Program-made: the position numbers and the translations under genes
Shown here: positions 1 through 9,588 of the stretch, piece by piece
How positions within the stretch are numbered: the first letter of the stretch is position 1
Layout of the letters: every line of letters begins with the position of its first letter
Notes under the pieces: generated by a model
Told to the model about the DNA's origin: nothing
Databases searched by the model: none
Seen by the model: only the letters and a program-made list of their open reading frames with translations
Source of the DNA: Acutalibacteraceae bacterium
GTDB lineage: Bacteria; Bacillota; Clostridia; Oscillospirales; Acutalibacteraceae
Direction of reading: 5' to 3'
Assembly (NCBI GenBank): GCA_045541715.1
Contig: JAZQJR010000157.1
Coordinates: forward strand, 1-35,805
DNA: 35,805 bases

Positions 1-460
1 ATCTTGACTTTCCATTTTTTCAATCGCTCATATATTTTTCTAAATATTTCAGCATCTCGTGCGCCGCACATCCAATCGATGAGCTGTTTTGTTGTTTGGC
101 AATAAGCCTTCCAGATCCAAACTTGTCTTTTTTTGAGCATACAAAGGCCACCTTTCATCGAGTTCAATGATGACGCTATCGTCAATTGGCGCCGGCTTAG
201 AATAGTTATTTTTTGCGAACGTTTTCACCCAAACGAACGCCGAATGAACGTTGACTTTAAAAAACTTTGCAATGGTTCTAAACGAATAACCGTGCGCGTA
301 CGTCAACACTGCCATGAGTTTTTTTGCTTGCGTTTTCCTTTAAGGCTCATTGGCAACGGCATTTCTTATATTTGCAGCGCTGTTCGTCCTTTACAAAACC
401 GGCTTTTGTGTACTCTCTCGCCTGACATTTACGTGGATGTATTAAAGCCGAAAAAGTAAA
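1..460 (-). mobile_element. IS1-family insertion sequence, degraded copy running off the window start
   Basis: ORF 49..315(-) has the IS1-type HTH (AHGYSFRTIAKFFKVNVHSAFVWVK) and ELDE(R)W. The continuation (WIWKAYCQTTKQLIDW..) is in another frame after the homopolymer run at 128..134. The zinc-finger region at about 330-428 is degenerate and contains a stop. Clearly related by eye to the copy at 35072..35677. Confidence 0.8.
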
Positions 461-478
461 AAATTAGCTTCCAGCTAA

Positions 479-511
479 CAAAAAAGCTCACTGAAATTAA
501 ATCAGTGAGCT
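479..511 (-). terminator. Rho-independent terminator downstream of the small membrane protein gene
   Basis: Perfect 10-bp stem agctcactga (485..494) / tcagtgagct (502..511). On the minus strand it is followed by a T6 run (A-run 480..485). Confidence 0.75.
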
Positions 512-550
512 ATTATTCTTTTGTTTTATGCGGTATTCTAACGGTTCTTG

Positions 551-748
551 TTACTTAAACATGTAATGGACGTTGTCCAGCAGATCCTCCATGGCGTTCG
601 TGCATTTGAGGGCCTTGCGTTTCATCTTTTTCGGGTTTTGCATACAGCAATATAGAAGCCAACCGGCCGTCATGCCGAGGAGAAGCCCGCAAAAAAAGTT
701 TCTAATCGGACAGGCTTTTTTGTATTCATTCACGTCATATACCTCCAA
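551..748 (-). CDS. Small hypothetical membrane protein (about 60-65 aa, one hydrophobic helix)
   Basis: ORF track. The hydrophobic core is FFCGLLLGMTAGWLLYCC. A GGAGG lies 8 nt upstream of an in-frame GTG at 733, so the true start may be 733. A terminator follows directly. Confidence 0.45.
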   Translation of the reverse strand: MEVYDVNEYKKACPIRNFFCGLLLGMTAGWLLYCCMQNPKKMKRKALKCTNAMEDLLDNVHYMFK

Positions 749-1138
749 AAGTTAATATCATTACTCATAGCGTGCCCGATTTTTTTCATCTTAGTAGTTA
801 GCCTGGAGGTGAAATTTATTGGAATTTAGAGTTCGCCCTAATTAAGCACTGTGGCGCCGAAGCAGCTAACCCAAGAGAAAGCTCTCACTAGAGCACGCCC
901 GCTGATTCCTCTATCCCCTGAAAATGTAGATGTTATTCTTATAGAATATGGGGTGTTGAACAACTTCTTATTTATGAAGAACGCCAGTGGCAGATATAAA
1001 CAAAGAACTCGCACTATGCATTTTACACAAACTTTCAAGATTTAATTTGGAGCAAATTCAAGAAATCGCCTCTTTATTCAACATAATTTTCATGGTACAA
1101 TAAATATGTCTATTTGTTTTTGAACGGGAGCGATTTGT

Positions 1139-2065
1139 GTGGCGTATATTCACAAAAACATCCTTTGCGTATTGCTAGCGGGTTGTCTTTTTATGGTGGC
1201 TGGTTGCTCTCATATGGACAACAGCCAAACAACACTCGAGCAAACCGCTACAGAGGCAGAACAAAACGAAGTGGATGAAAAAACTGACGAAATTTTAGCT
1301 GAGTCATCCAACGAAGAGGCAACATCAAACAATAGCAATGCCTCAACGCCAGCACAGACAGCACAGACCTCGGTCAATATAAACTCGGAAAATCTCGAAG
1401 AAGTTAGCGCTGACTGCATATTCTCAATCGGCATAGCATGTCGACCGAGCGGCCATTTAAGAGACTTAAATTTGAGGTTCCAAGCGGCGCCACTTGACTG
1501 GATGACGTCGCATTCACTTAGCGCGGTTGCACACTTGTTCGAGACTAACTTCGAAGACTTTTTTGGGGAGATAACAGAGGTTCCTAACACATCGGCTTCC
1601 GGCCATCGCTATGTCAGAGATACGAAAAATGACATAATTTCGATGCATCACTTTGAAAAAGGTATTCCGTTAGATGTTGCGCAAAAACAGTTTCGAGAGA
1701 CCATGTTAAATCGTGCAAATAAAGTCGACAAAATTCTAAAAGATTCCAGCTCAATCGCGCTCCTTTGCAACCGAAACAAGAGCTCCGCAGAAGAGTTAAT
1801 AGAATTTCTAAACAGATTTTCCACCGTATATCCTGGCAAGAAAATCACCTTAATCAACATTAATGATGAAAACGTCAGAGGCATCAAAAAGGATATTTTG
1901 CTTGAAACAGACAACTTGAAAATCATTCAATATACTTTCAATGATAAGTCTAGTGGCCCTGATAGCTGGAAGGGCAATATCGAGGCTTGGACCGGAATTA
2001 TCAAATCCATAAAATTAAGCGATAAGTTTGCTAAGGCAGATGCTTGCGAAAATGTTGGGTTTTAA
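1139..2065 (+). CDS. Lipoprotein with a C-terminal DUF1796-like (putative papain-like peptidase) domain
   Basis: GTG start with GGGAG upstream. Lipobox LLAGCLFMVAGC|S, then a low-complexity acidic/Ser/Thr linker. The motif FSIGIACRPSGHLRDLNLRFQAAPLDW resembles the DUF1796 N-terminal signature (SxGxxC....LR....PFDW), recalled from memory. Confidence 0.55.
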   Translation: MAYIHKNILCVLLAGCLFMVAGCSHMDNSQTTLEQTATEAEQNEVDEKTDEILAESSNEEATSNNSNASTPAQTAQTSVNINSENLEEVSADCIFSIGIACRPSGHLRDLNLRFQAAPLDWMTSHSLSAVAHLFETNFEDFFGEITEVPNTSASGHRYVRDTKNDIISMHHFEKGIPLDVAQKQFRETMLNRANKVDKILKDSSSIALLCNRNKSSAEELIEFLNRFSTVYPGKKITLININDENVRGIKKDILLETDNLKIIQYTFNDKSSGPDSWKGNIEAWTGIIKSIKLSDKFAKADACENVGF

Positions 2066-2163
2066 CCATTATTTTCTTTGGTTTCGTGACCGATGTTCGC
2101 CCAAGCAAAAAAGCCCCCGCAGACACTTCTGCAAGGACCTTAATTTTTATGTAAAATTTTTAA

Positions 2164-2406
2164 TCAAACTGCTTTTGCTGTTACTTGGAATTCTTTTAAT
2201 TTCTCCTTGAAGTCGGTTGGACAATCCTCTGAGATCTCGATCTGCAAGGGCTTGGACAAATCTAGGCCGAAAATTCCCATAATTGATTTTCCGTTAACTA
2301 TGTACTTCTCGGAGAAGAGCGTTACCGGGAACTCATACTGATTTGCGAACGCCACGAATTTCTTGACCGTCTCGATGTCAGACAATAAAATGTCCTCTTT
2401 ATACAT
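2164..2406 (-). CDS. HPr-family-like small protein lacking the His15 phosphorylation motif
   Basis: The longer ORF 2164..2508 was trimmed to the ATG at 2406, which is preceded by GGGAGG. VNGKSIMGIFGLDLSKPLQIEI resembles the HPr core (aKSImgvmsLg). No GxHARPA motif is present. Confidence 0.55.
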   Translation of the reverse strand: MYKEDILLSDIETVKKFVAFANQYEFPVTLFSEKYIVNGKSIMGIFGLDLSKPLQIEISEDCPTDFKEKLKEFQVTAKAV

Positions 2407-2533
2407 TTTGAACCTCCCAAAGTCAAACAAAAGTGCTATACTCATATGGTACCAGGATGCCTTTTTGGGGTCAAGGCAAACCGACGATTTTAGTCTCAAA
2501 ACGGGCAAATTCTCTTAAAGCACTTAAAAAAGG

Positions 2534-4195
2534 ATGAAATTCGTGAAAATTTTTATATCAACTTTGGGCTGCAAGGTTAATCAATATGAGTCGCAGGCGA
2601 TTCTGGAAGCCTTTTGTAGGCCTGGATACGAAAAAACGAACTCTTCAAAAACAGCTGACGTTATAATAATCAACTCGTGCACTGTCACAGCAGAAAGCGA
2701 TAAAAAAGTGCGCAAAACCTTACATAAGCTGCGAAAAGAAAATCCATCTGCGATAATTGCCCTTGTTGGCTGTCTACCGCAAGCCTTTCCTGAGAAAATG
2801 TCTCAATTGGCTGAAGCTGACATTATTCTCGGTAACGCAAATAAAACTCAAGTCCTTGAGAAAGTCACAGATCTAGCCTCTTCTCGCCAGAAAAGCACAG
2901 ATATTAGGCCTTTTGAAAGTGATGAAGAGTTTGCTAAATCCGCGATTGAATGTCCGTCGCAAACCCTCCCAGATAAAATGTCTCAACTGACTGAAGCTGA
3001 CATTATCCTCGGCAACGCAAATAAAACTCATGTTCTCGAGAACATCTCGAAGCTTAACTCTACACGCCAGAAACTCACAGATGTTAGTCCATTTGAAAGT
3101 GATGAAAAGTTCGCTCAATACACAATTGAACATTTGTCGCAGGCCTTCCCTGATAAAATGTCTCAATTGTCTGACGCTGACATTATTCTCGCTAATGCAA
3201 ATAAAACACAAGCCCTCGAGAAAATCACGAATCTTGACCCTACACGCCAGAAAATCACTGATATTAGACCATTTAAGAGCAATGAAAGATTTGCTCAAAC
3301 CTCGATCAGCACCTTCGAGGAGCGCACGAGAGCCTTTGTGAAAATCGAGGACGGTTGCAATCGATTTTGCTCGTACTGCATCATTCCGTACGCTCGCGGT
3401 CGTGTGCGCTCTCGGCCACTCGAGGACATTGCCGCCGAGGTTCAAGCTCTCGCAAGGAAGGGCTACAAGGAGGTCGTACTCGTCGGCATAAATCTCTCTG
3501 CCTACGGCACTGACCTGGGGCTTACCCTTTGTGATGCCATTGAGAAGGTTTGCGCTATCGATGGCATTAAACGTGTGCGACTGGGTTCCCTCGAGCCGGA
3601 ATATTTAGACGAAAACACGATTAAACGGCTCGCAAGGCAAGAAAAGTTATGTCCGCATTTTCACCTGTCGTTGCAAAGCGGCTGCGATGCGACCTTGCGG
3701 CGGATGAACCGCCACTACACATCTGCGGAGTACTATGAAATCGCGCAAAATCTCCGGGAAAACTTCGAAAATGTGGCCCTCACGACGGATGTGATGGTTG
3801 GCTTTGCCGGAGAGACCGATGAGGATTTCGACCAGTCCTTAAACTTTGTGAAAAAAGTCGGATTCGCAAAGGTTCATGTGTTTGCCTACTCAATCAGAAG
3901 CGGCACCAGGGCAGCTACTTTCGAGAATCAAGTGCATCCAGATGCGAAAAAACAACGAAGTCAAGTGATGCTAGCCGCCGTAGAAGAAAGTAGGCGATAT
4001 TTCCTAAACACTCAGGTCGGACGAGTCGAGCCAGTCTTGTTCGAGCAGCAGGATTCAGATGGCTTCTGGCTCGGACATACAAGAAATTACACGCCTGTTA
4101 AAGTAAAGTTTGAGGAGGATCTTCAATCACAAATAGTTTCAACAAAGCTTACGGCCGTTGTGCGCGAGGAATGCCAAGGCGAATTGATTATATGA
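2534..4195 (+). CDS. mtaB: tRNA (N6-threonylcarbamoyladenosine) methylthiotransferase MtaB-like radical SAM enzyme with a 120-aa internal repeat expansion
   Basis: N-terminal STLGCKVNQYES (MTTase N-domain), radical SAM GCNRFCSYCIIPYARGRVRSR, and a C-terminal TRAM-like region. An alternative GTG start at 2543 has better spacing to its ribosome binding site. Confidence 0.85.
   Translation: MKFVKIFISTLGCKVNQYESQAILEAFCRPGYEKTNSSKTADVIIINSCTVTAESDKKVRKTLHKLRKENPSAIIALVGCLPQAFPEKMSQLAEADIILGNANKTQVLEKVTDLASSRQKSTDIRPFESDEEFAKSAIECPSQTLPDKMSQLTEADIILGNANKTHVLENISKLNSTRQKLTDVSPFESDEKFAQYTIEHLSQAFPDKMSQLSDADIILANANKTQALEKITNLDPTRQKITDIRPFKSNERFAQTSISTFEERTRAFVKIEDGCNRFCSYCIIPYARGRVRSRPLEDIAAEVQALARKGYKEVVLVGINLSAYGTDLGLTLCDAIEKVCAIDGIKRVRLGSLEPEYLDENTIKRLARQEKLCPHFHLSLQSGCDATLRRMNRHYTSAEYYEIAQNLRENFENVALTTDVMVGFAGETDEDFDQSLNFVKKVGFAKVHVFAYSIRSGTRAATFENQVHPDAKKQRSQVMLAAVEESRRYFLNTQVGRVEPVLFEQQDSDGFWLGHTRNYTPVKVKFEEDLQSQIVSTKLTAVVREECQGELII
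2780..3319 (+). repeat. Three tandem, in-frame, diverged 180-bp repeats inside mtaB
   Basis: The units are 2780..2959, 2960..3139 and 3140..3319. Each encodes Q-x-x-P-[ED]-KMSQL-x-[ED]-ADIIL-x-NANKT..LE....L...RQK.TD..PF.S.E.FA. Period is exactly 180 bp and there are no stops. Confidence 0.95.
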
Positions 4196-4202
4196 ATTAA
4201 AA

Positions 4203-4236
4203 AAAGCCGGAATAATCCCGGCCTATTGTTTTTGCT
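4203..4236 (+). terminator. Probable rho-independent terminator after mtaB
   Basis: Stem gccgg (4206..4210) / ccggc (4218..4222) followed by the T-rich tract ctattgtttttgctttt. Confidence 0.55.
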
Positions 4237-4306
4237 TTTGTATGGTAGTTATGCGCGGGCCGCGAGGCATTGGCAGCACTAAGTTTTCATATATTCGATA
4301 AAAGTA

Positions 4307-4548
4307 GGTGTTGTTCAAATAATCAAGCGCGATATAATAGGCAGAAAAAAGCGGTATAGCTATGTACAAGTGCAAAAAGTGCGAGTCAAACGAATATGTA
4401 AAAGCAAACTTTGTAAAGGACGAACAGCGCTACAAATGTAAAAAATGGGGTTGCCAAATTGTTCCTACAATGGATTGATTTAACGAGATTCCTTTACGCG
4501 GCCTTTCATGTCAATAGATATATCCATATAGTTATTTGGTCAACGCCC
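4307..4548 (+). mobile_element. Internally deleted IS1-family mini-element (MITE-like) retaining both ends
   Basis: Left end ggtgttgttcaaataatc and the zinc-finger start MYKCKKCESNEYVKANFVKDEQRYKCKK are fused directly to the right-end segment (..ggcctttcatgtcaata..ttatttggtcaacgcc). The ends match the other IS1 copies in the window. Confidence 0.75.
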
Positions 4549-4567
4549 CGGGCAGAAGGCTTGATCT

Positions 4568-6106
4568 TTAACTATTTCTCATCCTAAACTGCTTAAAGAT
4601 ATTCCTCGCGATGCCGCGCAAGTACTGATACTCGTCGGTCTTGCGGAAGATGAGCGCATTAATTGCATTCGGGACAACAAGGCAAATCAGGCCGTTTGAA
4701 ACAAGACGCATAAATCCATTTGCACTCGAGAGTGAGCACAAAAAATAGGTCAAAACGGTCGATAGCAGCGTAATGGCGGCGTAAATCGCGTGCTTTTTGT
4801 AATAGTCAACAACGGAGCGGTTGAAAATGTTCTTGTAAACGACGTAGGGCTGCGTCCAAAATGGGATGCACAGCGAGCTAATAATGTTCGCGATAAGCAC
4901 GCCGTTGAGGCCAAAGTCCCCGACTAAAATCATCGCCAAGCCTATGTTAAGGGCAGCCTCAATGAGCGCGAAATGTCTGTCTGGGCGATAAAGTCCGGCG
5001 CTATTTTTCACCATCGTTATCGATTTTCTCATGCCGAAAGTGTAGAAATTTACCGTGATTAAAATCAGAGTCGACGTCGGGAATAGGAACGCGTCGCCCA
5101 TCCACCGGCGGATGAACGGCCCAACGAGGCAAAACAGCGACACCGAGAAAAACGAGTAAATTATGTGGTTGAGAAAGAAAATTTTCTTGTAAATGTTATG
5201 TACTTGGCCTTGCATCGCCTTCACGAGGAGGTTTCCAAAACTTGTCAAAATCGCGTTAAAAACCTGGTCGGTGATGCTCATCAGGCCGTTCGTAATCAGC
5301 GTGTACGGGTAGTACATACCGGTGACCGCCTCGCCGAGGTTGCTGGTGATGATCAGCGTCGAGCCAGAGGCCAGGCTCTGATAACCGATCTTGTGGTAGA
5401 AAAGCGCGCCCAAATTCCTAAATAAATCGTCGCGCTCGCCTTTCTCAAGCTTTTTTTTCGTCTGTAGGTCTATATTTTTATATCTAATTTTGTACATTGT
5501 GTGCACCAAAATGCTGTCGAGCAAGGTGCAACTCAAGCGCGCAATTACATACAACTCGAACGACCGAAAGTGCATCACCGCGACGAATTGCAAGATGAAC
5601 ATCAGCAGCTGGCAGCCGGTTTTGCTAATGCTCACCAGGTAATTGCGCTGGTCCGCAATCAGCATCGCGCGCTTGTGGCCAAACAGGTACGTCGCCAAAG
5701 TATCGGCCAAATACAGCAAAAACATCGCGCTGAGCCATCTATCAGTAAATTTGTTCGCATCGTGTGCAGGTGCAAGTTTCGGGATAATTATCGCCGTCAA
5801 TAAGCCCAATGCCAATAAAATCGAAGCGATTACTTTGAATGTATTCTTGTAAAAATTCAGCAGAATAGCAATTTTTTCGGTGTCATTCTCAGCAAGCGGC
5901 TTGTACAGCTTGTATATTACGCCAAAGCTAATTCCCAGCTCGATTATATTCAAAAGAGCGACCGTATCCATGAAGGTCTTTTGTATACCAAGAATTTCGC
6001 TTCCTAGGCTCGCAACAATTGGGCTTAGAACTACCGGTCCCAACAGCAAAATCGAATACGAGCCCAGTCCCACCAGCGTGTTAATAATCGAATTTTTTGT
6101 TCTCAT
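4568..6106 (-). CDS. wzx: Polysaccharide flippase (Wzx-like, MOP/PST family)
   Basis: 512-aa polytopic membrane protein. It is the last gene of the glycan operon. Its size and helix pattern are typical of Polysacc_synt-type flippases. Confidence 0.7.
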   Translation of the reverse strand: MRTKNSIINTLVGLGSYSILLLGPVVLSPIVASLGSEILGIQKTFMDTVALLNIIELGISFGVIYKLYKPLAENDTEKIAILLNFYKNTFKVIASILLALGLLTAIIIPKLAPAHDANKFTDRWLSAMFLLYLADTLATYLFGHKRAMLIADQRNYLVSISKTGCQLLMFILQFVAVMHFRSFELYVIARLSCTLLDSILVHTMYKIRYKNIDLQTKKKLEKGERDDLFRNLGALFYHKIGYQSLASGSTLIITSNLGEAVTGMYYPYTLITNGLMSITDQVFNAILTSFGNLLVKAMQGQVHNIYKKIFFLNHIIYSFFSVSLFCLVGPFIRRWMGDAFLFPTSTLILITVNFYTFGMRKSITMVKNSAGLYRPDRHFALIEAALNIGLAMILVGDFGLNGVLIANIISSLCIPFWTQPYVVYKNIFNRSVVDYYKKHAIYAAITLLSTVLTYFLCSLSSANGFMRLVSNGLICLVVPNAINALIFRKTDEYQYLRGIARNIFKQFRMRNS

Positions 6107-6137
6107 TTAGAAAGTTCCTTTACTTTACAAAAATTTT

Positions 6138-7139
6138 CTATCTCAGACCATTTTTATTTATAAAGCTTTTCAATTTAAAAAACAAATATATTGCATAGCT
6201 CCATTTTAAGCGCATCAGCTCGCAAACAATGGCCACCTGAGCGTCAGTTAAAGTTACATTGCTAAGCATTTTTTTGACGTCTTCATTATTTAAGCAAACA
6301 TTTATTTTTTCTAGAGCAACTCGCCGGTCATAACCAGATAAAATTACGAGTTTTTTTAGGTAATAATAAATTTCTTTAGCAAAAACTTCATTTATATCGC
6401 GAAAATCTCTACTGCCAAATTTATTTTCAAAAAATTCTTGCACTTTTTTGTTCAACATAATCTGAGTTAACAAAAGGCTATCATCATATTTTCCCGCTAA
6501 GCTCTCCTGGGCCGTTACGTTGTAGTTGTAAAGATTGTCGCTTATAACAGAGATTTTATTGCAATTTGAGAAATATGACAAACTAAAAAGCAAATCCTCC
6601 CCCATCGAGATATTTTCGTCAAATAGATCTTTTATCTTATCTCTACGGTACAATTTATTCCAAGGAGCGTTAAAAAAGGCACCTTTATAGAGCTCAACAA
6701 AATTATCTTTAAAAACCGATGTCTCGCTGTAAATAGCGCTTTTAGGTCGCTTAGCGTTGACACTTTTGCTGCTAACCCTATCGTATCCACATATCACAAC
6801 GTCCGCATTTGTTTCCAACATGGCCTCGACTAGCTTTTCCGTCATGTTTGGCTTGAGGGTATCATCAGCATCCACAAATTGAATAAAATCTCCAGTTGTA
6901 GCCTTTAACCCACTATTTCTCGCCGAAGACACGCCATCCCTGTTTTTGTCAAATACAACGACTCGATTGTCTATATTCACGAAACTTTGACAAATATCCA
7001 AAGATCTATCTGTCGATCCGTCGTTTACTAAGATAATTTCTAAATTTTTATAACTCTGAGCTAGAATGCTCTCCACACAGCGGCTCAAAGTTTTCTCGGC
7101 GTTATGAATCGGCACAATCACGCTAACTTTCATTTTCAT
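6138..7139 (-). CDS. Family 2 glycosyltransferase
   Basis: N-terminal VSVIVPIHNAEKTLSRCVESILAQSYKNLEIILVNDGSTD and a DADD motif. The gene is markedly AT-rich compared with the upstream genes. Confidence 0.85.
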   Translation of the reverse strand: MKMKVSVIVPIHNAEKTLSRCVESILAQSYKNLEIILVNDGSTDRSLDICQSFVNIDNRVVVFDKNRDGVSSARNSGLKATTGDFIQFVDADDTLKPNMTEKLVEAMLETNADVVICGYDRVSSKSVNAKRPKSAIYSETSVFKDNFVELYKGAFFNAPWNKLYRRDKIKDLFDENISMGEDLLFSLSYFSNCNKISVISDNLYNYNVTAQESLAGKYDDSLLLTQIMLNKKVQEFFENKFGSRDFRDINEVFAKEIYYYLKKLVILSGYDRRVALEKINVCLNNEDVKKMLSNVTLTDAQVAIVCELMRLKWSYAIYLFFKLKSFINKNGLR

Positions 7140-8602
7140 AGGCTATCACTGGCCTTTTGTGAGTTTGTACTATCTTTAATAAAATAATGTGAGCATCCTA
7201 AATTTAGCCAAAACGTCAAAACGCCAATTGTGTTAACAAAAAATATCTCCGACAAGAAAAACGCCGACATCGCCACCGTTGCTACGTTTATAAAGCTGAA
7301 TAAAACTAAATCATAATTTTTGTTATTCAATTTGACGAAGAGGAATTGAAATACACTTATCAAATATTTCACTAAAAATATGAACATTACCACGGCACCA
7401 AAAAACCCCGTCGAAGTCAGCACATCAAGGTACGCATTGTGGACCGCGTAAGATCGTTGAGCAATGAAGCCGTTGGGGAAGGCCGCTTTCGCGTATGCCC
7501 TCAGGTTTCGTGGGGAAGTACCTAAAAAGGGCTTGCTTTTAAACACTTCTAGCGCACTCAGCCAAATTTTGAACCTGCAATTTGATATGTCTGCGGTGTT
7601 GCTCACGTCATCCCGCGTGATGTCGATGTGCCTTCGAGGCTTTTGCTCCGCCACGCTCACCGACTTGAATGGCGCGCAAACCACCCCTGGCAAATACGAC
7701 AGCGCCTTCCTTGCAAATATAAAGCTAAAAATCAGCGCCGCGCTGCACAAGATTGCCGACAAAATCAGTGCAACTTGCTTAATAAACACATTCGCTTTCA
7801 CTTTGTTATATTTCTTTAATAGCAAAAAGTACGCGGCTAAAAATACCACAATAATCGCCGCAACCTCTGTTGTGCGCGAGCCCGACAAAACTATGTAACA
7901 AAAATCTACGCAAATGCCGCAAACGTAAAACGCCTTTAGCCACTTTTTCTCTGCATTTTTGAAGTTGAAAATCGAGTAAGTAATCGCAATCATCGCAACG
8001 ACTGCCGCATAGTTTGGATCCTCAAACACGCCGAAAAGTCGTCCCTCGATGAATCCCATGCGCGCGAATGAATCCGGATAGACATCCACGTAATAGCCCA
8101 TCTGCAGTGCAAACATCGCCAGCGACGCGCCGCAAGCCAAAAACCACACCGTAATCAAGATGTTGCCGACGTATTTAATCTCCTTTTTCACGCTGTCGAG
8201 CGTTCTCGTCGAGTCAATTGGATACAAAAGAAAAAACGATATCGCCAACCAAACCAAGTTTCGAACATTCCCGATGACGCCGTACTTGGCGTTCACCACG
8301 CTCGAAAGTGTGCATATCGCTAAAAACAAGGCCAACCAGACTACATTTTTCGCCGTAAGAAAAACGCGCCTCGTGAACAAATCCAGGCATACAACGGCCG
8401 CGCCAAACATGGCCACTATCGCAAAAACCAGCGAATTCACAAATTGCGTCTCGCAGAGGGCAAACGGCAGCAAAACTCGCGTGAGAACCGCCGCAATGAA
8501 GGCCGTGATATAGGCTTTGCGCAGGGATTCGTACGTTCCTTCTCTCAATAAAAATCTTTTCAAACTCACGTAAAAAACAATCCTTCTTGTAAAAATAGTC
8601 AC
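7136..8602 (-). CDS. wzy: O-antigen polymerase/ligase family membrane protein (Wzy-like)
   Basis: Polytopic membrane protein with a Wzy_C-like motif (HNAYLDVLTSTGFFG). It has 4-nt start/stop overlaps with both neighbours. Confidence 0.7.
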   Translation of the reverse strand: MTIFTRRIVFYVSLKRFLLREGTYESLRKAYITAFIAAVLTRVLLPFALCETQFVNSLVFAIVAMFGAAVVCLDLFTRRVFLTAKNVVWLALFLAICTLSSVVNAKYGVIGNVRNLVWLAISFFLLYPIDSTRTLDSVKKEIKYVGNILITVWFLACGASLAMFALQMGYYVDVYPDSFARMGFIEGRLFGVFEDPNYAAVVAMIAITYSIFNFKNAEKKWLKAFYVCGICVDFCYIVLSGSRTTEVAAIIVVFLAAYFLLLKKYNKVKANVFIKQVALILSAILCSAALIFSFIFARKALSYLPGVVCAPFKSVSVAEQKPRRHIDITRDDVSNTADISNCRFKIWLSALEVFKSKPFLGTSPRNLRAYAKAAFPNGFIAQRSYAVHNAYLDVLTSTGFFGAVVMFIFLVKYLISVFQFLFVKLNNKNYDLVLFSFINVATVAMSAFFLSEIFFVNTIGVLTFWLNLGCSHYFIKDSTNSQKASDSL

Positions 8603-9588
8603 TCATGCAACGCCAAATTTTTCTGCTTTTGGCGGCGCAACAGCCGTGCATAAAGGCCTGGACTTGCCAGCAAAATTAGGCTTACGGCCTTTCTTTTTAA
8701 CGAGAAAATCGGGTTCGTCAAAACCTTAAATGTTTGCCATCGCAGTTGCGCCAACACTCGCTTGTAGCTCTCAACGTCGGTAAAATTCTCGCTCATGAGC
8801 ATCTTGTCGAACACGTACATGTGCGCCCACAAGAGCCGAAACTCGGCCTGCCGCCGCAGCCCCGGGAAGCGCGCCTCGACCAGCCGCAGGTTCTGCTCGT
8901 ACGCCTCGACGACGTTGAAGTCCTGCGCCTTGAAGGCCGACGTCGTGATGCTCTCTCCCCTATGCACGTAGAAATATTTCGGTCGCGAATCAAAGATCAC
9001 CGTCCGCGCACGCGCTAGTATTTGCGGAATCGTGAAGGCATCCTCCGAAAGCTTGCCTTGTGGAAATTTTATCTCGTCGAAGAGAGATTTCTTGTAAAGC
9101 TTGTTCACCGCATTGACCGAAAATTTAATGCCCTCCAGTGCCAACCCCAAGGCCTCTTCGTTGTCGAGGATTAAACGCTCATTGCCAGCAAATTGCGGAA
9201 TTTTCTTGGTCTTATAGCAGTCATAAAGGCCGCAAATAGCCACGTCGGCGCCGTGCCGCGAGATGTCGCCGTAGAGGGTCGCATACATGTCGGGCGCGAC
9301 GTAGTCATCGCTGTCCACAAAACCAATATATTGGCTTGTCGCCGCGGTTATGCCAGCATTTCTGGCGTCGCTGAGGCCGCCGTTTTCCTTATGAATTACC
9401 TTCACTCGAGGGTCGCTCTCTGCAAAGTCATCGCACATCTGACCGCACGCATCCGGCGAACCATCGTCCACTAAAATTATCTCTATGTCGGTCAAAGTTT
9501 GTCCCAACAAGGACTTCACGCAGGTCTCGAGATATTTCTCGACCTTGTAGACCGGCACAATTACACTAACTTTTGCCATTTTTGCCAC
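8599..9588 (-). CDS. Family 2 glycosyltransferase
   Basis: VSVIVPVYKVEKYLETCVKSLLGQTLTDIEIILVDDGSPD plus a DSDD motif. Confidence 0.85.
   Translation of the reverse strand: MAKMAKVSVIVPVYKVEKYLETCVKSLLGQTLTDIEIILVDDGSPDACGQMCDDFAESDPRVKVIHKENGGLSDARNAGITAATSQYIGFVDSDDYVAPDMYATLYGDISRHGADVAICGLYDCYKTKKIPQFAGNERLILDNEEALGLALEGIKFSVNAVNKLYKKSLFDEIKFPQGKLSEDAFTIPQILARARTVIFDSRPKYFYVHRGESITTSAFKAQDFNVVEAYEQNLRLVEARFPGLRRQAEFRLLWAHMYVFDKMLMSENFTDVESYKRVLAQLRWQTFKVLTNPIFSLKRKAVSLILLASPGLYARLLRRQKQKNLALHE

Noticed and set aside
838-1045. Two overlapping ORFs of about 65 aa on opposite strands, and a locally GC-rich patch (about 845-910) sharing ggcgccgaag with the palindromic elements
   Set aside because: Neither ORF has a ribosome binding site and both have implausible composition. 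The shared 10-mer is too short, and the conserved closing stem is absent, so membership of the repeat family cannot be claimed. I also could not match the patch to any riboswitch I know.
2780-3319. The mtaB tandem repeats considered as a CRISPR-like array or an assembly artefact
   Set aside because: There is no repeat-spacer organisation: the units are contiguous, 180 bp long and coding. Substantial divergence between units argues against collapse or expansion of identical reads, although read-level confirmation is still advisable.
2873-3445. 190-aa minus-strand ORF and 103-aa plus-strand ORF across the mtaB repeat region
   Set aside because: They exist only because the 180-bp repeat propagates an open antisense or alternative frame three times. 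The sense frame carries the conserved MtaB motifs on both sides.
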